A stretch of 32,000 nt of DNA. Origin: Candidatus Saccharimonadota bacterium. Lineage in GTDB: Bacteria > Patescibacteriota > Patescibacteriia > 2-12-FULL-60-25. Below the pieces are notes generated by a model. The model was not told the DNA's origin. It saw only the letters and a program-made list of their open reading frames with translations, and did not search any database. The translations under genes were made by a program, and so were the position numbers. This document shows, in pieces, positions 8,124 through 15,087 of the stretch; within the stretch, counting starts at the first letter, position 1; the number at the start of each line of letters is the position of its first letter. The stretch spans positions 600,001-632,000 of the forward strand of contig OY970357.1 in NCBI GenBank assembly GCA_963718585.1. Direction: 5' to 3'.

Positions 8124-8196
8124 AATCTGGAAGCTGGAAGCTAGGATAAGGAGATCCGAACCCTAAGATTCTAGATCCTAACTTCTAAATTCTTGA
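8113..8196. repeat. Inverted arrays of a degenerate heptamer, locus B
   Basis: The left arm is ACAGAAG CTAGAAT CTGGAAG CTGGAAG CTAGGAT AAGGAGA. The right arm is CCTAAGA TTCTAGA TCCTAAC TTCTAAA TTCTTGA. The 18-mer AAGATTCTAGATCCTAAC (8165-8182) is identical to 7490-7507. Confidence 0.75.
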
Positions 8197-8201
8197 AACA
8201 T

Positions 8202-8729
8202 ATGATCCTCATCGACCACAAAGCCCCCGATTTCTCCAACGTCCCCGCCTACCAAAAAGGCGCGGAAGACAAGAAGGTCAACCTGTCCGACTACAAGGGC
8301 AAGTGGCTCTGCTTCTTCTTCTACCCGCGGGACTTCACCTTCGTCTGCCCGACGGAGCTCAAAGGCTTCTCAAATGCCGTCGAAGCGTTCCGCAACATGA
8401 ACTGCGAGATCCTCGCCGCCTCCACAGACTCCACGTGGTGCCATAAGGCCTGGTTCGAACGCGATCTCCCCGAAGTCGCCTATCCGGTCCTCGCGGACAC
8501 GAGCCTGAAGATCGCCCGTGATTACCAAGCTCTGAATGAAGAGAATGGCGAAGCTCAGCGCGGACTCTTCCTCATCGACCCGGAAGGGACGGTGAAATAC
8601 CTCCTCGTGAGTGCCGGCTCGGTCGGTCGCTCGGTCTCCGAGACGCTCCGCGTCCTCGAGGCGCTCCAGTCCGGTCAGCTCTGCCCGGTGGAATGGAAGC
8701 CTGGCGAAGCCACACTCGGAAAGGCGTGA
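8202..8729 (+). CDS. ahpC: Typical 2-Cys peroxiredoxin (AhpC/Prx1 subfamily)
   Basis: FFFYPRDFTFVCPTEL (peroxidatic Cys) and C-terminal LCPVEWKPGE (resolving Cys). ATG 8202 is preferred over TTG 8193. Confidence 0.85.
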   Translation: MILIDHKAPDFSNVPAYQKGAEDKKVNLSDYKGKWLCFFFYPRDFTFVCPTELKGFSNAVEAFRNMNCEILAASTDSTWCHKAWFERDLPEVAYPVLADTSLKIARDYQALNEENGEAQRGLFLIDPEGTVKYLLVSAGSVGRSVSETLRVLEALQSGQLCPVEWKPGEATLGKA

Positions 8730-8753
8730 CCCTCCCGTCGTGAAACAAAAAAA

Positions 8754-8777
8754 CACCTCCGGCATCGGAGGTGTTTT
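8754..8777 (+). terminator. Rho-independent terminator after the peroxiredoxin gene
   Basis: CACCTCC ggcat CGGAGGTG followed by TTTT, preceded by an A-run. Confidence 0.7.
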
Positions 8778-8780
8778 GAA

Positions 8781-8832
8781 AAAGAAAAGCGCCGCGGCCC
8801 CGCCCTTCGAGAAGAGCGGGGCAACGCGGCGC
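8781..8832 (-). terminator. Rho-independent terminator after the repeat-protein gene
   Basis: Long GC stem GCGCCGCGGCCCCGC ... GCGGGGCaaCGCGGCGC. On the minus strand it is followed by TTTTCTTT. Confidence 0.6.
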
Positions 8833-8850
8833 TGACGAACGAAAAAGGTG

Positions 8851-9579
8851 CTATGCGGCTACAGGCGGATCCGCGACCAGGACGAGGAAATTCCCGTCAG
8901 CACCCAAACCTAACGGGAAGTTCCCTGCGAGCCAAAGCTCATGAAGCGGCTTGAACTGCGCCGCCTGGTCTGATTTTCCCGCGAGAATGAAGCCTGGCGG
9001 ATAAAAGAGAGAGGTCACGAGCGAGTCTAGGAGCGAATTCACGAACGTGTCCCGGATCATCATCCAGAGCGAGTCCGCGAGCGTGTCACCCAACGTGCCT
9101 TGGTGCAAGGCCCGAAGCGTGGGCCGGAGCGAGGCCATGATCGAGTCGCCGAGCGAGGCTCCGAGCGAGGCCACGATCGATTCTAAGAGCTCGTCCGCGA
9201 GCGTGTCGCCGAGCCAAGTCTGGAGCGATTCGCCGTGCGAGGCTTGGAGCAAATCGCTGAGCGAGGCTTGGAGCAAATCGCTGAGCGAGGCTTGGAAGGA
9301 GTCGCGTAACCAGGTCTGGGGCGATTTGTCGTGTGAAGCTTGGAAGGAGTCGCAAAGCGAGTCCCGAAGTACTCGCATGTCCGACATTTGATACCCCCTC
9401 ACTTTTTTTGACTCTTGCCAAAAGATCGCATTATTTGCGCGATCCTGAAGATCATGTAGCGCAGGCTTCAACTCGAGTCCCCCGTAGAACGGCCGGAGGA
9501 GGTCCACGATCTCCGCGCCTTTTTCAGGAAAACGCGAAGTCCAGAATTCCAGGAACTCTGCTTTGGATTTTTCAGTCAA
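8851..9579 (-). CDS. Hypothetical protein with about 15 tandem 8-residue xxSLxDSL repeats
   Basis: ORF track 8851..9678. I place the start at TTG 9579 because GGAGGA lies 9 nt upstream and a TTGACG-17-TATATT promoter sits at 9643-9671. The central region reads RDSLCDSF QASHDKSP QTWLRDSF QASLSDLL QASLSDLL QASHGESL QTWLGDTL ADELLESI VASLGASL GDSIMASL ... A terminator lies at 8781-8832. Confidence 0.6.
   Translation of the reverse strand: MTEKSKAEFLEFWTSRFPEKGAEIVDLLRPFYGGLELKPALHDLQDRANNAIFWQESKKVRGYQMSDMRVLRDSLCDSFQASHDKSPQTWLRDSFQASLSDLLQASLSDLLQASHGESLQTWLGDTLADELLESIVASLGASLGDSIMASLRPTLRALHQGTLGDTLADSLWMMIRDTFVNSLLDSLVTSLFYPPGFILAGKSDQAAQFKPLHELWLAGNFPLGLGADGNFLVLVADPPVAA
9241..9288. repeat. 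Perfect 24-bp tandem duplication inside the repeat-protein CDS
   Basis: GGCTTGGAGCAAATCGCTGAGCGA occurs twice (9241-9264 and 9265-9288), followed by a degenerate third copy. It encodes the repeated QASLSDLL unit on the minus strand. Confidence 0.9.
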
Positions 9580-9642
9580 TGTTCGGTCTCCTCCATTTCC
9601 GTGTTCCGCACGGCCGGTCCGCTTCGGATGAAGCGATGGTGG

Positions 9643-9671
9643 AATATACAACAAAAAGAGGGTTTCGTCAA
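9643..9671 (-). promoter_or_regulatory. Sigma70-like promoter TTGACG-17-TATATT for the repeat-protein gene
   Basis: The minus strand reads gagggTTGACGaaaccctctttttgttgTATATTccacc. A GGAGGA Shine-Dalgarno sequence and TTG start follow about 55 nt downstream. Confidence 0.55.
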
Positions 9672-9683
9672 CCCTCAAACAAT

Positions 9684-9746
9684 GTCATTCCGAGCGTAGT
9701 CGAGGAATCTTCAAGTTGAAGATCTCTCCGCGTTGGTCGAGATGAC
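9684..9746. repeat. 63-nt imperfect palindromic intergenic element (GTCATTCCGAGCG...GTCGAGATGAC)
   Basis: The outer arms are GTCAT / ATGAC. The central perfect stem is ATCTTCAA g TTGAAGAT. The element sits just upstream of the -35 of the repeat-protein promoter. Confidence 0.6.
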
Positions 9747-9750
9747 AACG

Positions 9751-9772
9751 CAAAAGAGGGCTCATCGCCCCC
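9751..9772 (-). terminator. Terminator after the glutaredoxin-like gene
   Basis: On the minus strand: GGGGGC gatga GCCCTC followed by TTTTG. Confidence 0.45.
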
Positions 9773-9819
9773 TTATTTGTTTGGCTACTCCCTACCGTCT
9801 ACGGCCTACCGCCTCTCCG

Positions 9820-10062
9820 CTATGCTTTCTGCTTCATCCCCAACGCCTCTTCCAGCGCATTCTTGTTCCAGCCGACGATGATCTGGCCGTCGATGTCGAT
9901 CACCGGCACGCCCATCTGACCCGACTTCTTGACCATCTCATTCGCGGCCGCGGGATCGGCAGACACGTCGATGTCGGAATACGCGACGTTCTTCTCCTTC
10001 AGAAACTCTTTGGTGAGTTTGCAGTAGGGACACGTCGGTGTGGAGTACACGGTGACTTTCAT
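9820..10062 (-). CDS. Glutaredoxin-like protein (NrdH/YruB-like, CPYC)
   Basis: MKVTVYSTPTCPYCKLTKEFL...GVPVIDIDGQIIVGW is a thioredoxin fold with a CPYC active site. The start is set to ATG 10062. Confidence 0.8.
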   Translation of the reverse strand: MKVTVYSTPTCPYCKLTKEFLKEKNVAYSDIDVSADPAAANEMVKKSGQMGVPVIDIDGQIIVGWNKNALEEALGMKQKA

Positions 10063-10115
10063 ATGGAAAATTCTGTGTGAAGTATACCACACCAAGTTAT
10101 CCCCACCCTAAAGGA

Positions 10116-11615
10116 TCACAGTTTCTGCAAAAAGCGCACCAATAATCGGACACCGAATCCCGTAGCACCGTACGGTTGATCCGGTCGCGATTCCCGCTCC
10201 ATGTACGACGGACCTGCGATGTCGAGATGTGCCCATGATGTCTTCCCCACGAACGGCTTAAGGAAATTCCCACCTGCGATCGCACCCGCCTGTCCCCGTG
10301 CGCCCGTATTCTTGAGATCCGCGATCTTGGACTTCACATGCTCCATGTACGGTTCGTAGAGCGGCAGTTCCCAAAGGAGCTCCCCGGTCTCCGCACCAGC
10401 CATGATCAGCCGCTGACCGAGCTTCGCATCATTCGTCATGATCCCAGCGATGTCCTCACCAAGCGCAGAGATGCACGCGCCGGTCAGCGTCGCGAGATCC
10501 ACGATCATCTGCGGCTCAAGCGTCTTCGCGTACGCAAGAGCATCCGCAAGCGTGACGCGACCTTCTGCATCCGTATTGATGATCTCGATCGTCGTGCCAT
10601 CCATGGCTTTGACCACGTCTCCGGGACGATACGCGCTCCCGCCTGGCATATTCTCGACCGCGATGAAGACGCCATGCACTTCCACCGGAACTTTCAACGC
10701 TTTCAACGCCGCAAAGAGTCCGATGACAGATGCCGCTCCCGCCATGTCGATCTTCATGGTGGTCATCCCATCTCCGGGTTTGATGTTCAATCCGCCCGAA
10801 TCAAAGGTGACCGCCTTGCCCACGATCGCGACCTTCTTCTTTGCGCGCTTGGGCTTGTAGCTCAAATGGACCGCGAACGGCGGATGTTGAGACCCACGTG
10901 CGACCGCCAGCGCCGCTCCCATCTTCTTTCGCTCCATCTCTGCACGGTCCATGACCTTTACGGTGATACCACCGCCTGCGAGATCCTTTGCCGCCTCGGC
11001 CATATCCGCCGGCGTCATATCGGCAGAGGGGGTATTCACAAGATCACGCGCCAGGATGGTCGCACGCGCCAGCATCTCCCCAACAGCGACTCCGGCCTTC
11101 ACATTCCGTCTTTCACGCGCCGTCTTCACGCAAACGGTCGCTTTTTTGATCTCATGATTCCGATTCTCTTTTTTCTTCAACGGACCGTGATAGATATGGA
11201 ATCGGTAGGCGGACAGGTGAAGCCCTTCGGCCAATGCCTGCGCCTCCGCTTTCAGATCCCCGACCCCGTGCACGGTCGTCACGACATGGACGGCTTTCAC
11301 GGCATAGGCCAACTTCACGATCGATCCGCCGATCCGACGCGCCAGATCCGGCGTGAAGCGCTTCCGATCGCCAAGTCCGATCACGGCCACACGCTTCACG
11401 TTCACCTTCCCGAACGTCGGAAAAATAAGCACCTGAAACGCCTTTGCCTCGTAATGATCCTGCTCAATGAGTTTTGCGAGATCCCCGCCAAGCGCCGTAT
11501 CGACCGCGATGGCCGCATCGCTCCATCCCCGTTTCCCCGTGCCCTGGAATATCCCGACGACCAACAGGTCGCCAGCGACGGCAATGGGATCTTTATCGAA
11601 AATCTCGATCTGCAT
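10116..11615 (-). CDS. pepA: Leucyl aminopeptidase (peptidase M17)
   Basis: VGKAVTFDSGGLNIK and NTDAEGRVTLADAL signatures. 499 aa. Confidence 0.9.
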   Translation of the reverse strand: MQIEIFDKDPIAVAGDLLVVGIFQGTGKRGWSDAAIAVDTALGGDLAKLIEQDHYEAKAFQVLIFPTFGKVNVKRVAVIGLGDRKRFTPDLARRIGGSIVKLAYAVKAVHVVTTVHGVGDLKAEAQALAEGLHLSAYRFHIYHGPLKKKENRNHEIKKATVCVKTARERRNVKAGVAVGEMLARATILARDLVNTPSADMTPADMAEAAKDLAGGGITVKVMDRAEMERKKMGAALAVARGSQHPPFAVHLSYKPKRAKKKVAIVGKAVTFDSGGLNIKPGDGMTTMKIDMAGAASVIGLFAALKALKVPVEVHGVFIAVENMPGGSAYRPGDVVKAMDGTTIEIINTDAEGRVTLADALAYAKTLEPQMIVDLATLTGACISALGEDIAGIMTNDAKLGQRLIMAGAETGELLWELPLYEPYMEHVKSKIADLKNTGARGQAGAIAGGNFLKPFVGKTSWAHLDIAGPSYMERESRPDQPYGATGFGVRLLVRFLQKL

Positions 11616-11634
11616 AGACGTCTATCTTGGTATG

Positions 11635-11666
11635 AAAACGCCCCGGTGTCCAAGTGGACATCGGGG
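11635..11666 (-). terminator. Terminator after the HAD hydrolase gene
   Basis: The 12-nt arms CCCCGGTGTCCA / TGGACATCGGGG form a near-perfect hairpin. On the minus strand it is followed by TTTT. Confidence 0.6.
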
Positions 11667-11685
11667 CGGGGGTCAAGAGCGGATC

Positions 11686-12540
11686 TCACCCGAGCGGGGT
11701 AAGACCCGGGAGGCGGGGCAATCTGAGGTATGCAGGCACCACCTCTTGCTGATCCCGCTGGACGAACCGACCGTCCTTGGCGGTGAAAAAGCTGACGCCG
11801 TTCTTTTGGCGATCGTTGACCCAGATGATCCCATCATTCGGACCTTTCAGGATCTGCGTCAAGAGCGTGAGATCGGGATTGACGGCAAATGCCGTACCGA
11901 CCCGTTCAAGGACCGGGAAGTCAGTCATGGTGTCGCCGAGCGCGATGGAACGGCGAAGATCGAGACCCATTTGGTCCGCGACCTCCTCCATCACCCCGCG
12001 CTTGTCCATGATCGTTCGCGCATTACGCTCACCCGTGTAGCGTCCGTTCCGGACCTCGTACTCGACGCCATAGATGAGGTCGAACCCCATCCGTTCGCCG
12101 AACGGCTCGGCAAGTTCGCGGGGCGAACCCGTGATCCCGATGATGGGACCGCGCTCCTTCCCCGGATGCGCGGCATAATGCCGGATGAGCATCCGCGGGA
12201 AGAGATAGGTCTGGCTCCCGAGGTCTTCGACGAGGCGCGCCGCGATCCGCTGGACGCTCGCTTGCCGCAGGCCGACGAAGAAGGTGTCGATCGCTTTGAC
12301 CGCCGCGCGCATCACGGGCTCGTAGTCGTACGTGCGTTGCTCCTTGTAGATCTCGAGCTCACGGCGCAACGGTTCGACGGTGTCCCGTTTGGACGGGTAC
12401 CGCTTGGCGCAGACGAGCATCAACTCGATGAGCCATTGCTTCGTGAAGAGCGTCCCGTCCAGGTCAAAATAGACGCCGGCCGGATACTTCAATCTCCGCC
12501 TGAGCGCGGCGATCCGCTTCGGGGTCGGTGTTACGCGCAT
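11686..12540 (-). CDS. HAD-superfamily hydrolase (HAD-IB / SerB-like)
   Basis: Motif I YFDLDGTL and motif IV GDTMTD. ATG 12540 is preceded by AAGGAG (aaaaggagaaagacATG). Confidence 0.75.
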   Translation of the reverse strand: MRVTPTPKRIAALRRRLKYPAGVYFDLDGTLFTKQWLIELMLVCAKRYPSKRDTVEPLRRELEIYKEQRTYDYEPVMRAAVKAIDTFFVGLRQASVQRIAARLVEDLGSQTYLFPRMLIRHYAAHPGKERGPIIGITGSPRELAEPFGERMGFDLIYGVEYEVRNGRYTGERNARTIMDKRGVMEEVADQMGLDLRRSIALGDTMTDFPVLERVGTAFAVNPDLTLLTQILKGPNDGIIWVNDRQKNGVSFFTAKDGRFVQRDQQEVVPAYLRLPRLPGLTPLG

Positions 12541-12577
12541 GTCTTTCTCCTTTTGAGGTGCGTGCCCGTTCTGTATC

Positions 12578-12610
12578 AAAAAACGGCCTCCGCGTCAATC
12601 CGGCGACCGT
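12578..12610 (-). terminator. Terminator after the VKOR gene (possibly bidirectional)
   Basis: A 10-bp imperfect stem ACGGTCGCCG / CGGAGGCCGT followed by TTTTTT on the minus strand. A T-run is also present on the plus-strand side. Confidence 0.55.
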
Positions 12611-12618
12611 CTCTTTTT

Positions 12619-13173
12619 CTACTTTAAGAGGAAGAACAACCCCGCACCGCCGACCGCAACGTATGCGATGAAAGAAAGGAAGATGAATTTCAATTCCGCG
12701 ATCGCGTCCTTCCCGCCGAGCTCTTCTTCTCCCTCGAACCAGGACAAGGCGAACAGCACGGTCGCCGCCGCCGCAGAGCTCAGGCACCAGATGCAATACG
12801 CATGGATGTCATACGTCTGGACGAATGTCAGGAAAGCCGACTCAAAAAAGCCGATACCCGCCGCAAGGATCGTGAGCGTGGTCCAGAACTTCGGGCGATG
12901 TTTGGGGGAATACACACGGATCACGAGCAGGGCGATCACGAAGAGGTAGAACACTACGCCCAAAAGCGGACGCGGGATCCCGAAACTGTATGCCCATTTC
13001 GACGCGCGAACGAGCTCGCATCCGGACACGATCCCACACACGATCGGCGCATCCGTCGTGTAGGTGATGAGCAGATAGACGGACGCAAAGAGGCCGATCA
13101 GTGACGACCAGAGCATGGCGCGTCGCACCATGCGCATCCGTTTGGTATTCACGCGTCTGCGGAAGAATCGCAT
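12619..13173 (-). CDS. Vitamin K epoxide reductase (VKOR) family membrane protein
   Basis: Multi-TM protein with a loop Cys pair (VCGIVSGC) and a CIWC redox motif in a TM helix. The start is set to ATG 13173, directly after the nuclease stop at 13175. Confidence 0.75.
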   Translation of the reverse strand: MRFFRRRVNTKRMRMVRRAMLWSSLIGLFASVYLLITYTTDAPIVCGIVSGCELVRASKWAYSFGIPRPLLGVVFYLFVIALLVIRVYSPKHRPKFWTTLTILAAGIGFFESAFLTFVQTYDIHAYCIWCLSSAAAATVLFALSWFEGEEELGGKDAIAELKFIFLSFIAYVAVGGAGLFFLLK

Positions 13174-13174
13174 A

Positions 13175-13816
13175 TCATTTTTGTCCGTTGCATGTCGTCG
13201 GGCTCCAGAGCCCACGCTCATGCAGTTTGGCATCCTTTTGGAGATCGCTCAACTGCTTTTTCCGCTTCGGGTCAAGGGGGAAAGACAGATATGCATACGC
13301 ATATCCATCACGCACCATGGCGGCATTCAGATCGGTCCCGTCCGCGAGATAGAGATTACGGAGGAGACGCCCGTACTTATCGACCTCATCCGCCAACGGA
13401 TCCGACACCAGACGGATACGCTGTCCATCCGCATACGCGTGCATGCGTGCAGACGCCTCTTTACCGAAGCATTCCACCGGCTTTCGCGGATCCACGGTCT
13501 CTGGCGTATTGATCCCGAGGAAACGGATCCTCCACGTCTTTCCATCCGCATCCATCTTCGCATCAAGCGTATCCCCATCGACGACCTTCACGACCGTCGC
13601 ATTCGTCGTCGTCGCTTCCGTGGACGTGACCGCGACCTCCTGCTCCGAGGAACTCGTCGCAACGACCTGGAACGCGGCCGTTCCCGCATCCTTCGGCGTC
13701 GCCGACGCCGGCGTCGGCGTGGACGACGTCCCGACGAGATACGTCGAGATCGCCGCGAACGCGAGCGCGAGGAGGATCTGATAGAGCCGTTTCCGGTGAG
13801 ACATCGCGGACATCAT
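13175..13816 (-). CDS. Secreted thermonuclease (staphylococcal nuclease / SNase family)
   Basis: The start is set to MMSAMSHRKRLYQILLALAFAAISTYLV (signal/anchor). VVDGDTL, RFLGINTPE and DKYGRLLR motifs are present. Confidence 0.8.
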   Translation of the reverse strand: MMSAMSHRKRLYQILLALAFAAISTYLVGTSSTPTPASATPKDAGTAAFQVVATSSSEQEVAVTSTEATTTNATVVKVVDGDTLDAKMDADGKTWRIRFLGINTPETVDPRKPVECFGKEASARMHAYADGQRIRLVSDPLADEVDKYGRLLRNLYLADGTDLNAAMVRDGYAYAYLSFPLDPKRKKQLSDLQKDAKLHERGLWSPTTCNGQK

Positions 13817-13866
13817 ACCCGAGCCGCGCGGAGTCGGACAGGTTTGCGCTGGACCAGGCCGTCGCG

Positions 13867-13872
13867 TACCGT
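13867..13872 (+). promoter_or_regulatory. -10-like TACCGT, 7 nt upstream of the Smr ATG
   Basis: TACCGT atgcggc ATG. Confidence 0.25.
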
Positions 13873-13879
13873 ATGCGGC

Positions 13880-14218
13880 ATGAACGAGCGTCCGAAGAAC
13901 CCGTTTTCGGAAAAAGAACCCGCGACCGATCCATTTGAAATGGCGATCTTCGCGGCAGAGCTTGGCGACGCTCCGGAGATCGACCTGCATGGCATGGACG
14001 TCCCGCTTGCCGTCAGCCAGCTCGATCAATACATCAATCACGAATTCGTGGCCGGCAGTGAAGCCGTCAAGATCATCCACGGCCGCGGAACTGGAAAACT
14101 TCGAGATGCGATCCACGCGTATCTGAAAAAACAGACGGAATTGGTCGCCGCATTCCGCGACAGCCGATCACCCGGTCAACAGGGCGGTGTGACCATCGCC
14201 GCGCTCCATCGACGCTAG
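13880..14218 (+). CDS. Smr domain protein
   Basis: The real start is ATG 13880 (MNERPKNPF...). IDLHGM and KIIHGRGTG Smr motifs are present. The 5' part of track ORF 13115..14218 is antisense to the nuclease gene. Confidence 0.8.
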   Translation: MNERPKNPFSEKEPATDPFEMAIFAAELGDAPEIDLHGMDVPLAVSQLDQYINHEFVAGSEAVKIIHGRGTGKLRDAIHAYLKKQTELVAAFRDSRSPGQQGGVTIAALHRR

Positions 14219-15087
14219 CGGATCGCGGCGATCAAACGGTCGATCGCGGCGGCAGGGAGCGTCCCCGTCGCCCGATCGTGAATGGCATCCAGCCGATCGA
14301 TGTTCTTCAGCGTCTTTCGCATCGCGCAGAGATCCGTCACGTGCGTGACCAGTGCCGAGACCGAAGCCGCACCGGCCGACCGCAAGACGCACGCCGCGGC
14401 CTCGAGCGTCCCACCCGTATCCGTCAGATCATCGACGATCAGGACGCGGGCCTGGGTGATCCTCTTTTCCCGGATATCGATCTTCGCGACCACGCCGTCG
14501 GATGTGCGCTTCTTCTCGATCACGGCATATGGAACACGCAATCGTTTTGCCGCGGCCCGCGCGCGGAACCGTGCGCCATGATCCGGCGCGACGACGAGAG
14601 TGACCGCACGCTTCGGCAATAACCGTCGTTCATCGAACGGCAGGACATTGTATAGGTCCTTTTGGAATGCGCGGACAAAAGCATCACTGTGCGCATCAAG
14701 CGTCGCGATCTTTCCGTACACCTCGCTCAACATCCGCCCGACCACGAGACCTCCGGGGGTCTCCCCTGCCTTCGCGACGCGATCCTGCCGACCGTATGCG
14801 ATCCACGGAGCAAGAAGATCCGGTTTCATTCCGTTCGCCCGACACCCTTCTCCAAGCATGGTCAAACGCAGGATCCGATCCGATTCACACGGGGCATCGC
14901 CGACCACAAGGACCCGCCCTTTTCCAGATGGAACGTTGATCTTCAACTCTCCGGACGGATAGTGATCCGACTCGACCAAACGCACCGTTGCACGCAAACG
15001 ACGCGCGACCGCGCGAACGAGTTTTTCCTCATCGCGGAACCCGATGATGTGATCAATGCGCTTGCCCATGGTGCTGTAAAAGCTCAA
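14215..15087 (-). CDS. prs: Ribose-phosphate pyrophosphokinase (PRPP synthetase)
   Basis: YGRQDR, DAHS and the PRPP loop LIVDDLTDTGGTL. The start is ambiguous (ATG 15087 or 15069); either overlaps the upstream gene end. Confidence 0.8.
   Translation of the reverse strand: MSFYSTMGKRIDHIIGFRDEEKLVRAVARRLRATVRLVESDHYPSGELKINVPSGKGRVLVVGDAPCESDRILRLTMLGEGCRANGMKPDLLAPWIAYGRQDRVAKAGETPGGLVVGRMLSEVYGKIATLDAHSDAFVRAFQKDLYNVLPFDERRLLPKRAVTLVVAPDHGARFRARAAAKRLRVPYAVIEKKRTSDGVVAKIDIREKRITQARVLIVDDLTDTGGTLEAAACVLRSAGAASVSALVTHVTDLCAMRKTLKNIDRLDAIHDRATGTLPAAAIDRLIAAIR

Noticed and set aside
8193-8201. TTG 8193 as the peroxiredoxin start (the ORF-track start)
   Set aside because: ATG 8202 gives the usual N-terminus (MILIDHKAPDF). 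Neither start has a Shine-Dalgarno sequence, so the ATG is preferred, at low certainty.
9241-9288. Tandem 24-bp repeats as a possible CRISPR or minisatellite
   Set aside because: There are only two perfect copies plus degenerate ones. They are contiguous with no spacers and in frame within a coding repeat (QASLSDLL). No cas genes are present.
10338-11702. 454-aa ORF antisense to pepA
   Set aside because: It is a shadow ORF of the M17 aminopeptidase gene. The translation is Arg/His-rich and low in complexity, with no start context.
11467-12627. 386-aa ORF antisense to the HAD hydrolase gene
   Set aside because: It is a shadow ORF spanning a terminator and two real genes on the other strand. 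No motif or ribosome-binding site supports it.
13115-13879. 5' extension of the Smr ORF, including an RRRRRRRRGRR tract
   Set aside because: It is antisense to the thermonuclease gene, which has clear SNase motifs. The Smr domain protein starts sensibly at ATG 13880.
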